NCBI GenBank assembly: GCA_965603825.1
Contig: CBFDEM010000025.1
Coordinates: 372,001 to 436,000, forward strand
Length of the DNA: 64,000 nt
Reading direction: 5' to 3'
Source: Blepharisma stoltei ATCC 30299
Taxonomy: Eukaryota; Protista; Ciliophora
Positions within the stretch are counted from its first letter, which is position 1, and each line of letters opens with the position of its first letter. Below, piece after piece: positions 24,701 through 34,957 of this stretch. Below the pieces are notes generated by a model. It saw nothing but the letters and a program-made list of their open reading frames with translations. It was not told the origin of the DNA and ran no database searches. Both the position numbers and the translations under genes were made by a program.

Positions 24701-24966
24701 AATGGGATCAGGACGAGCAGTTTATTGTCGATTTCACCATAATAAGATAGCTGAAGCAATAAAATAAATAAGTATCAGAGGCATCATAGCTGATGGAATT
24801 GTTCAAAAATGTTTTTAGGGATAAAATTTAAAAATGTGTAGTGAGCTGTTTGAATAGCGTTGCTGTGAGACAAATGTTCTAAATTATGGTTATGAAGTAG
24901 GTGGATGGCTCGGAGCTCCATTGATTTCTCCAAATGCGAACTGTCTTCATTATGGTCATGTATCAT
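18766..24966 (-). CDS. P4-ATPase-like/guanylyl cyclase fusion, paralog 3, 2066 aa (about 9 in-frame TGA=Trp)
   Basis: Seven ORF-track fragments share one frame, separated only by TGA (e.g. GIKF*MLSGD vs GIKFWMVSGD in paralogs 1 and 2). DKTGT and both cyclase domains are present. Confidence 0.92.
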
Positions 24967-25196
24967 GTGTATATTGTTTTAATATTAAGGAAAATAAAAT
25001 GCATTAGCTCAATTCCAGGTTTTAAATAATATTTCGATTTTTTTAAATTTTTCGTCGAAAATTATCACTTGGTCAGTATTATCAACGCTAGTCAGTAAAC
25101 TAAGAATATCTATTATAATTATAATTCTAATAAAATTATTTTTATCTTATCCATTTAAAAATAAATGAGGAGTTTTTAATTTGAACGTATTAGCTA

Positions 25197-26522
25197 TTAA
25201 TTATTGAAAACATCGTCTTCAATGCTTTTATCACTATCATCTGAGCTCATATCCTGAAATTGCTGATATTCACTAATCAGATCCATCACGCTGTTCTTCG
25301 CTTCCACGAATTCCATTTGTTCAACTCCAGCCTCGACATAGTGATGAATAAAGGCTTTTTTCTTAAACATCGCACTAAACTGTCTTTCGATTCTTATAAA
25401 AATCTCTTGAATTGAAGTTGAATTGCAAATGGTAGTCAAATTTCCCTTACAATTATTTCTAGGCATATCACATTTGGATAGCTGAATACTGTATGGAATC
25501 CACTCAACGAAATTGGGCGAAAACTTATCTTGAATTTTCTTGACCTGAAGTTCGATTTCACTTATAGACATGACCCCTTGAAACATTGCAGCAGCTGTCA
25601 GAAATCTCCCACTTCTGATATCAGCATCACATAGCATTGTCTTTGGGTCAAACATCTGCTCAGAAAGTTCTACAATTGTAGGTGGCCGGAACTGATAATA
25701 GTCTCTTTGAGTGATAGGTGAAAGTCCTGTCATCAAATATTTGATCCTTGGAAAAGGAATTAAATTTTCTGTAAGCCTCCTTACATCTGAGTTAATTTGT
25801 CCAGGAAATCTTAAGCTTGATGTAGCCCCAGTTAGTCCGCAACTTATTAAATAATTTAAATCTCTGTATGTTGGCATTTTGATTTTTAGGCAAGTTGAAG
25901 CAATATTAAATAGTGCTTGATTGTCATAAGCATAGCATGATGTAGCATTTTCAATTAGCTCATTCATTGTAAGAATGGCGTTATAAGGCTCAACGACGAC
26001 GTCAGATACTTTAGGGGATGGAAATACAGAGTTTGTTTGTAAAATTATATGTTCAAAATCGTCGCGGATTTTCTCTAAAATCAATGTTCCTAGCCCAGAA
26101 CCAGTACCTCCTCCAATTGAGTGGCAAATTTGAAATCCTTGGATCCTGTCACACCGTTCAGACTCTTTCCTTATAATGTCCATAAGTGGGTCAAATATTT
26201 CTTGACAATAATGCCCTTTAGATCACTCATTCCCTGTTCCTGTATTCCCTGATATAAAATTATCAGCTCTAAAAAGCCTTCCCAAAGGTCCAGACCTCAA
26301 ATTATCGATAGTCCTTGGCTCAAGATCCACCATAACAGCCCGCGGGATATAATTTTTAGATGCTTCATCATAATAAACATTAATTTTTTCTAACTGGGCA
26401 TTAGAATCTCCAATATATGATCGGTTCAAATCAATGCCATGCTCAGCTGAAATTCCTTCCCAGAATTTCGCGCCAATTAAATTTCCGCATTGTCCTGTCT
26501 GAATTTGAATAATTTCTCTCAT
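25197..26522 (-). CDS. Divergent beta-like tubulin (441 aa)
   Basis: MREI start, [42 protein letters not shown]. Two ORF fragments are joined by TGA at 26223-26225, giving GNEWSKGHY (canonical GNNWAKGHY). Confidence 0.93.
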
Positions 26523-26543
26523 AAATCTATATAAAAAATTGAT
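26523..26543. promoter_or_regulatory. 21-bp spacer between divergent start codons; putative bidirectional promoter core
   Basis: AAATCTATATAAAAAATTGAT lies between the tubulin ATG (-) and the WDR90 ATG (+) and contains a TATATAAA-like element. Function is inferred from geometry only. Confidence 0.45.
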
Positions 26544-29500
26544 ATGAAATCAAGTGAGTTATGGCAGCATCCATTTGTCGATGTTTTTAGGTTTACCAGT
26601 GTTAGTGACTGGAAAAATGTGCAAAAAGAAGGAGATGTAACTGAAGTATTAGATAGAGTCACAGGGAAAAGAGTTTTCAGGCTTTTTGGGTCTAGTTCAG
26701 CTGCAAATAACATCCAAATCCCAAAGCCGAAATCTCAATTGAAAAGTCTAGGACTAACTGGCCGCTATATCTATGCACAGCTACAAGTCCCTGCAAATAA
26801 GTACTTTTCTATGCATTTTGAATTGGCTTTAAGCAGCTCAAAAAGAAAATCAGAAGAACCACTTAGGATATCAATAAGCAATATTTATAAAGAAAGCAAA
26901 TTGACTTCCTCAGGACTGCAGCTGAGCTGCTCTCCTAGTGAAAAATGGTTTGTTGCCTGCATTGACACTAAAGCTATTTTCAGCCAATACATAGGGCCAT
27001 GGATTGTGGGTCATGTTTTGAAATCAATTAATTTATGCTCAAATATGCTTGTGAGAGGAGTCTTTACTTCTGATATTTTATACAATTATAATACTTTGCC
27101 AAGAGAAATGATGCTAAAAATATCAAGAGAAGAGAGATGGGAAGATGTTTATGATTGAATTTCTTTTCCCAATATAGAAGAAAGAGGAGAGTTCAAGAAA
27201 AATAAAAGAGAAGATTGAAAAGGGAATGGAAAAGAGAATAAAAATAAAGCTAAAAGGGAAGAAACGACTAGTGAAGAAGAAAATAAGCAGGCAAGCAGCA
27301 TTAATAATGAAATAAACACAATTCAGAGAACTTCCACGAGCTCCTTTCGAAACTTCCAAATTGATGAAGATAAGCGAGAGTCATATAACAGCACTGCTGC
27401 TAAAAGCGATTTCTCTCTTCAAAAAAGCAAAGGAGTTAGGTTTGGGGAGGTGACAGCTGAAAATGAAGTCGAAGCTCAATTACTGCCTGATCCAATCATG
27501 AAATTAGTTCATATTATAGGCTATTCAGGTGGTAGACCAGGAAATATTAAATGAGCTCGGCCAGAAAGCGATTTTAGTGCTTATCCTTTAGAATTTACGA
27601 AAGACTCTTCCAAATATTTAATTTATCCTTCAGGGTGTGCTCTGGTGCTTATGAACCCATTGACTCAAAAGCAGCAATTTTTGTTTGCCCATAGTTCTCC
27701 AATTGTATGCTTAGCGTTAAGTCCTGACGGAGCATTTATTGCATCTGGCCAAGACAGTCCTAATCCTCTTGTTTTGATCTGGCAAATAGCAACTAGAAAG
27801 CCTCCATCTTATGTGTCTCTATCTAAACTAACCAGCTTAAAATCAATAGATATAAGTGCTGATAGCAAATATCTTGTAGTTGCAGGAACCAATAGCCTAA
27901 TTAAAGATGAAATTCAAATTTGGGACATTTCTCAGCCTAATAGAGCTGAACTCCTAATAAAGCAGACCTCAAACTACCATATAAATACCATAAAATTCTC
28001 CCCAATCGACACTTTAAAGCTGATTTCATGTGGAAAAGAAAATATTCGTTCATGGCGTGCTAATGGTGACCGCTTATCAAGTGGGGCTGTCGTTTTAAAT
28101 CACCAGTCTAAGGCTTCTGAGTTTTTAGACCTAAGCTTTGAAGCCTTTTCTTCAAGTGCAAAATCTGAAATCATTGATGAGCATTTGAAACGAGTTTTTG
28201 TTGTCAATAACCAAGGACTGCTATTTCAAATCAACTATATAAGCTTAGAACTGGAAGATGTTCTACAACTTCATGACTCAGCAATCTCATCAATAGCAGT
28301 GAGTGAAGGGTTTTGTGTGACAGGCAGCAGAGATTGCTATATCAGAGTCTGGCCACTTGATTTTTCTAAGTTTATATTAGAAGCTCATCATGAGGACGCA
28401 GTTACAGCTGTAGCGATAAGTTCAGATGGCCAGCATGTAGTCTGCGGAACATCCAACTGTACAATCGGGATTCTAGGAATGACAACAAATTCTTACAAAA
28501 CTCTCTTAAGATCTCATGCCTCTAATATCGTCGCTTTGGATATCCATCCAAAATTTGGCAGCATTTTAAGTGTGAGTGATGACAGAACAATCAGGGTCTG
28601 AAATAATAAGAGCTTTGAAGAGCTATATGAGTTTACTTCAATTGATGATGCTCCTATTTCGATTTCTTTTCATCCTACTTTAAATTCCTTTGCATGCGGA
28701 TTTGAAAGTGGGACAATTAGGATTTTTGAAGTAGACAGCACTGCAGTTAAAGGCGAATTTGTAAATCATGACGCAAAAATTGTAAAAGTTTCTCATTCTA
28801 GAGATGGGAAATATATGCTCAGTGCAAGTGAAGATGGAAGTGTGTGCTTTTGTGACGTTAATAAAGGATATCAAGTTTTGAAGACAATCCCAGCTGAAAG
28901 TATAGGAGATTTTATTGATGTGGCTTTTTCTCCTAATTCAGAACAGTTTGCTGTATTAGGGATTAATCGGTCAAATATTTATTTTTGGGACTGTGCAACC
29001 ATTAAAAGGCGGTTTCAGATAAATTGCACATCAAGTGTTTACCAAATCATGTACTCTCCTAGTGGAAGGCAATTCCTTACTGTGACTTATAAGTCATCTT
29101 ATAAGATCAAATATTATAATATCAAAGACAATGAGGCTACTCCTGTTAAAGAGCTCGAAAATATCCACCCTAATTCAGAAATTTCAAGAATCGCTGCTTC
29201 TGAAAATTCAAAATATTTGATTAGTGGAGGAAGTGATAAGACTTTGAGAGTGTGAAATTATGAAATGAAGCCAAATTCTGTAAGTGGGCAAAGCTTTCTT
29301 GGCCATTCAAACAAAATAACAAATTTAGCGTGATCAAGTGACAAAAAATGAATTTTCTCTTCAGCAGAAGGAAATGATGGGATCTTTGTATGGCAATTTG
29401 ATGGGAATTTGAATGAAGTGACCCATCGAGAAAATAGTCCTGAAAATGAAATTTTAATTAGTGAAAGGTCAAAAGAAGAGCTCTTTATAGAAAACGAAGA

Positions 29501-31403
29501 GTTTCAAAGAGCCCCTTCTTATGAGCCTCAAGCTTCTCCGAAACGTGAGTCTCCGTCCTCACAACTTTCAAAATACAGAGATCATAGATTAACTCTATCC
29601 CGCGTGATTGGGCACAACTCTTCAGCCAGGAACAATTTGCTTTGGGCTTCAGAACAGGGATGGTATGCTTACACATCAGGCCAAAAAATTATCCAAACTC
29701 TGCTGAGAGAAAATAACTCTCAAAGGTTTTTTGAATCACCTATCCCTAACCTAACAGTATTAGCCATTTCCCCTGATTCATCGCTAATTGCCGCAGCATC
29801 TGAGCATTCTTTAAGCTCACCCATTTGTATATGGGACATATCCGATCAAATGCTCTTAAAATCTCTTTCATTTCACGAGAAAGGTATCTCCAGCCTTTCA
29901 TTTTCCTGCGATAGCAAATATTTGATGTCGCTCGGTGTCCAAGAAGAGCCAATAATTGTGATGTGAGAAGTAGACTCAGGCCGCGTAGTTTCGACAGCTT
30001 TACTAGAATCTTATGCGTCCACTGCAAAATGGAAGTCCGACTCATATGAGTTTGTGACTGCTGGGCAAGAAGTGATTCATTGGTGCTTAAATTCTCACTT
30101 TGATTTGCAGTTTAGGAAATTAAGTACAGTGGAATCATTTTACACTTCTTTAGATATCAAAGGAGACTTAGTCTCAGTAGGAACTGCAGATGGCAAGTTA
30201 ATTATATGAGATTTGGTGACCTGCAGCCAAGTTGCTGCTCACTTTTTATTTGGAAATGAAATTAGCTCAGTTGCAGTTGGCTTTGAAAGAACCACAATAG
30301 GAGGAAATTCTAACCACCTTATGAGCTGGGAGCAAAGCTCAAATTCATTTATGGGGAAAGCTGAAGTTATTCTTATGGATGGGTATACCAAATATTTAAG
30401 CTTTGAGCCAACTGGCAACGAAGGAATTGCTTCAACTGCCTCTGGGACTATTTGGTATATTAACTGGAAAGATAAAGAATCAGCTAGAATTGCAAGCAGC
30501 CATCTTTATGACAGCCAGATTAGAGCAATCGCAGCTGATTCAATGATAATTTCTTCAGCTTCAGATGGCACAATCAGGCTTTGGGAGACTGAATCGTTTT
30601 CTCAAATAATGCAATACGATATCAAGTTAGACTGCTTATCGCTTGTTTTTAGCTCGAATGGTGGAATGTTTGCAGCTGGCTTTGCTGATGGCTCACTTCA
30701 ATTTTTTAGCATAAGCTTACTAAAAAGCTTAGGAAAAAGCCAGCCATTTAAATGTGGAGTTTCATCAATTTGTTGGAAAGATCAGTTGAAATTATTTGTG
30801 GGATCTGAAAATGGAGCGATTTTGATGATCACTTCAGAAAATTGGGAAAACTTAAATTTAAGTTCTGAAGAGGTCGGAACAGCTGGAGGAAATGCGCTAG
30901 CACTTGACTGGCACGAAGGATATTTACTAGCTACTTCTGATTGTGGAAAAATCACCGTTTGGGATTTTGAAAAGATAGTAGATATTTACAATATTTTTGA
31001 AAGCCCACATGGGTTGGATATCGACAATGCTGAAGAATCTATCAAATCAACATTCAGACTCTACCAGCAGCTCAGCCAAATTCATACTTCAGCTGCATTT
31101 TTGAATTCAGAAAATTTAGTATGTATAGCATCAGCCCAACAATATCTGTTTTTCAGAAATTTCATAGCCCATCAAACTACACGAAGGTTTGCTCTCAATC
31201 ATTTTCCAATTTCATTGGATGCTAATTTGTCTTTGGATTGTTTGATAATTGGATGCTCTGACAATAAAGTCCTTTTCTACAATGGAAAAACAGAAACTGT
31301 TCAAGAGCTATCAGGAAGTAGTGGAGAGGTTAGAAAAATTGGGTTCATGAGAAACGGAGCTTTTTCAGCTTCAAAAAGTGAGATCTTAATTTGGAAATTT
31401 TAA
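26544..31403 (+). CDS. WDR90: WDR90/POC16 centriole/basal-body wall protein (CFAP20-like domain + WD40 repeats), about 1619 aa
   Basis: N-terminus [10 protein letters not shown]...W...KEGDV...[10 protein letters not shown]...[10 protein letters not shown] matches the recalled WDR90 start. Five ORF fragments are in one frame, joined by about 9 TGA, several at WD-repeat Trp positions (DRTIRV*N, DKTLRV*N). Confidence 0.9.
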
Positions 31404-31918
31404 ATTAAATAATAAATGATAGTTTCCTTTGAGATTTAATCTAAAAGGATTCATTCAAATAATATATATTTATTTTTGAATAACGAATTTAAAAGGGATG
31501 AGCATATCAGAATGATGCATAATAAAAATACATTTTTTTAATTCATTAATAAATATTAATAAAATTGCACAGAATTTAAATTAGGTAGGTTTTAATATGG
31601 ATTTTGATCAGAAATCTATGAATTATCGATATACAAATCATAATTTTATTTTAATCTAACAGAAATCTTAAAAGGGATTTTAAATAATTCCCCTTTTAAA
31701 AGCAAATCTTCTGATGAGTAAACCCCAAAAGAAGCTCATACTCGGTTGTAGCTTAAAACTCTGCTAATTTTAACCTTTTATAAAGAAGAATCTTTAATAT
31801 TTGGCCATCTCACTCCCTCCAAATTCATTTTTAAAAAACGTATTTTTTAATTTTGAATTAGAAAAGACCCTAGAATTCCTTCAAATAACAAATTAATTAA
31901 TTACTTTAGCACAGACCT

Positions 31919-32113
31919 TTATATATTCTCGTACTTCAGCCCAAAATTCTCCGAGCATTCAGTTTTAACGCTATCATTACATTTTCTATTTATCCTCTTG
32001 ATCCTCGAGCTATAAAGTTGATTTTGCACAATTGGCTTCAGCTTGACGAAGTTTATTACCTTCCTTTTCTGAATGGCTTGTTTTTGCAATTTCACACTCA
32101 CAGTACAGCCCAT
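31919..32113 (-). CDS. Small basic hypothetical protein with possible N-terminal acylation (MGC)
   Basis: 64-aa ORF with ATG and TAA, flanked by AT-rich intergenic sequence; no recognisable domain. Confidence 0.4.
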   Translation of the reverse strand: MGCTVSVKLQKQAIQKRKVINFVKLKPIVQNQLYSSRIKRINRKCNDSVKTECSENFGLKYENI

Positions 32114-32176
32114 ATTTATTTAACTTAAATTCGATTAACTCAAGATCTCCATGATAAATCTTTATCTATTAACCCT

Positions 32177-32578
32177 TTAAATATCTTGTGGGGTTATATA
32201 AGTTGAGCCTCCAAGTCCCTTGTAGTCTTTCATTCCTTTCCAAGCGCCAAATCTTTCAGGGAAGTATTTTTTGGTTTCATGGAACCACTGATGGTTCCTC
32301 ACACAGTTGCTGAAGGACTCTAAGATTCTGTTGCAGTCAGCGTGCTTTTTGTTGAACATATCAGTGATGAGCTCTGCGCCAAAAGTGTTGATGCACTGCC
32401 TATACATACGATCATATTTAGTGCAGGCCAGATACATGCTTGACATGGTTTCTTTGATGCCTTTGGTGGCTGAGTAGCCGCTATAGTTTGTCAGAGTTTC
32501 TTTCCTGATTATATAAAATGGGGTCTCGAAGTCCAGCTGCCACTCACGCTCGTCGAAGTACTCTCCTAGTAGATGCAT
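32177..32578 (-). CDS. Twin-CX9C protein, probably mitochondrial intermembrane-space or respiratory-complex subunit
   Basis: C-TKYDRMYRQ-C and C-NRILESFSN-C (two CX9C motifs) in a 133-aa ORF. Confidence 0.7.
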   Translation of the reverse strand: MHLLGEYFDEREWQLDFETPFYIIRKETLTNYSGYSATKGIKETMSSMYLACTKYDRMYRQCINTFGAELITDMFNKKHADCNRILESFSNCVRNHQWFHETKKYFPERFGAWKGMKDYKGLGGSTYITPQDI

Positions 32579-32656
32579 ATTATGGATTATTGGTAAATGG
32601 AGAACGAGAACTTATGAAATTATTATGAGAATTTTGGTTTAATTTGGGGTTATGAT

Positions 32657-34180
32657 TTAATCGCCTTTTACTCTCTTCTTGAGGTCTTCTGCTTCTTGGC
32701 GAACTCTTTCGAAGTGATGTTCTCTGGAATAATACTTGTTCCTCATTTCTTCGTTCGTAATCTTCTTCAAGCTGTTTATAGGGAAAATTCTTAACAAACT
32801 CCATGCTATGTCTAAGCTGTCCTCAATGTGCCTGTTTTCGTTGATCGACTGAGTCAAAAATCTGCCTTCGAATTTTTCTAAGAATTCTAAATACAGCAAA
32901 TCTTCGCTGGTCAAAGCTTCTTCACCGACAACTGCTTTCATGGCTTGAATATCCTTGCCAATGGCATAGTTTGCGTAAAGCTGGTTGGAGACGTCAGGGT
33001 GGTCTTCTCTGGTCATTCCTTTGCCAATAGCACTCTTCATTAGACGGGAAAGACTTGGCAGCACATTAATTGGAGGGTAAATTTGTCTGTTGTTCAACTG
33101 CCTATCGATGAAAATTTGTCCTTCAGTAATATACCCTGTCAAATCTGGGATTGGATGTGTGATATCATCATTAGGCATAGTTAGGATAGGGAACTGGGTG
33201 ATTGAACCATTTTTGCCTTCAACTCTTCCTGCTCTTTCATAGATAGTTGAAAGATCTGTATACATATACCCTGGGTATCCTCTTCTACCAGGGACTTCTT
33301 CTCTTGCAGCTGAAATTTCTCTCAAGGCGTCTGCATAAGAACTCATATCAGTCATAATGACCAAGACATGCAGCTCTCTCTCGTAGGCTAAATATTCAGC
33401 AGTTGTTAGAGCCAGCCTAGGTGTAATAATTCTTTCAATTGTTGGGTCATAGGCGTGGTTCATAAACAAAGCGACTCTTTCCATAGACCCGTTCTCTTCG
33501 AAATCAGTCCTGAAAAATCTTGCAGTTTCGGTGTTAACACCCATAGCAGCGAAGACGATACAGAAATTTTCTTTGGAGTGGTCCTGGGTATCTTTTCCTT
33601 TGACGAGAGAAGCTTGACGACAAATTTGAGCTCCGATTTCATTGTGAGGGAGACCAGCTGCAGAAAACAGAGGGATTTTTTGGCCTCTGGCAATAGAGTT
33701 CATAACGTCAATAGCTGAAATCCCAGTTTGGATCATTTCTTTAGGATAAGTCCTCATGAAGGGATTAATTGGCTGGCCTTGAATGTTGATCATTTCTTCT
33801 GCTAGCACTCTTGGGCCTTTGTCAATAGGGTTTCCTGACCCATTAAATGCTCTTCCAAGCATTTCTTCAGAGATAGGCATCCTCATTGTATCTCCAGTGA
33901 ACTCACATTTAGTATTGACAGTATCAATTCCTGACGTGCCTTCGAAGATCTGCACAACAGCTCGCTTGCCAGCGATTTCAAGAACTTGACCACGTCTTGT
34001 AGATCCATCGCCAAGGTGAACATTCACGATTTCTGCGTATTTTGGAAACTTCACATTGTCTAGAATGACCAATGGCCCTTCCACACCAATCACAGTGCGA
34101 TAATCAATTACAGGCTCGACTAAATAGTTCCTTAATGCTGCTTGGGCATTGATAGCAGCTGCTGTCTTTACGTCTACCAT
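32657..34180 (-). CDS. VMA2: V-type H+-ATPase subunit B
   Basis: [73 protein letters not shown]. Confidence 0.98.
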   Translation of the reverse strand: MVDVKTAAAINAQAALRNYLVEPVIDYRTVIGVEGPLVILDNVKFPKYAEIVNVHLGDGSTRRGQVLEIAGKRAVVQIFEGTSGIDTVNTKCEFTGDTMRMPISEEMLGRAFNGSGNPIDKGPRVLAEEMINIQGQPINPFMRTYPKEMIQTGISAIDVMNSIARGQKIPLFSAAGLPHNEIGAQICRQASLVKGKDTQDHSKENFCIVFAAMGVNTETARFFRTDFEENGSMERVALFMNHAYDPTIERIITPRLALTTAEYLAYERELHVLVIMTDMSSYADALREISAAREEVPGRRGYPGYMYTDLSTIYERAGRVEGKNGSITQFPILTMPNDDITHPIPDLTGYITEGQIFIDRQLNNRQIYPPINVLPSLSRLMKSAIGKGMTREDHPDVSNQLYANYAIGKDIQAMKAVVGEEALTSEDLLYLEFLEKFEGRFLTQSINENRHIEDSLDIAWSLLRIFPINSLKKITNEEMRNKYYSREHHFERVRQEAEDLKKRVKGD

Positions 34181-34498
34181 TTATTTACAAATCAATGGAT
34201 TATTGCTTTAAACTCCTTATTAAATCATTAACCTTTGTGCAAAAAATTATGCTTCAATTATTATTCACACAAAATATTTATTTTTATCTTTTTATGCATT
34301 TAATTTAAATATTATTTATCAGTTTCATAAAATATTATCAGGAATATGCAGAAATCTAAGGATATCTATAGCGATAGTGACTCAATATTTTCAGATTTTG
34401 AGCAAGCTCCTCGCAATGAAAATGATATTCAGTTTATTGATGAAAATACCCTCTTATACAAACATTAGTATTCTCCATGCAGCGGGCCAAGAGTTGTT

Positions 34499-34843
34499 AT
34501 GATGTCGCCAATTTTTCAAAATTTAAACCAGACCAGGAAAGCTAATCTTGATAACTCTGGAGATATGGTTGGCACTTTTGGAGGGTATAAAATAAGGGAT
34601 CTCCATGCATCTCCTTCTCTCAATACCTTTGGAAGGTCCATTGAATTTAAAAATACAAGAACTCGAAATTCAAGAACAGTTGAAAGGAAAAACAACATTG
34701 CTAAATTCAATTTTTCACCTGAGGAAAAAGGAATTTATAGTGAGTTTACAGTATTGCTGTCTCAATTTGAGCCAGAAGATATGTGCGAGCTGCTATCTTG
34801 TGTGCTGAGAGATGCCAAAAAATATATGACCAAGCCAAGATAA
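34499..34843 (+). CDS. Hypothetical protein (start uncertain)
   Basis: 114-aa ORF filling the gap between VMA2 and CCT1. An in-frame upstream ATG at 34346 is separated from it by one TAG (34466-34468). Confidence 0.5.
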   Translation: MMSPIFQNLNQTRKANLDNSGDMVGTFGGYKIRDLHASPSLNTFGRSIEFKNTRTRNSRTVERKNNIAKFNFSPEEKGIYSEFTVLLSQFEPEDMCELLSCVLRDAKKYMTKPR

Positions 34844-34957
34844 TAAAAAGATCCAGAAAAAATAAACACTTTAAGCTTTAGTCTGTAAAAGAAGTTTTAA
34901 ATAATTTCCTATCATGAGAAATTAATTAATTTTCATTCATGCCCAAAATCCATATAA

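Noticed and set aside
29744-29756. CCCTAACCTAACA resembling a heterotrich telomeric repeat
   Set aside because: Single imperfect copy inside the WDR90 coding frame; no telomeric tract anywhere in the window.
12197-31403. ORF-track fragments as separate genes or pseudogenes
   Set aside because: All fragments of each gene share one frame and are separated only by TGA, often at conserved Trp positions; they are intact genes.
31711-31745. CTGATGAG resembling a hammerhead ribozyme core
   Set aside because: No GAAA after a stem II and no flanking stems I/III.
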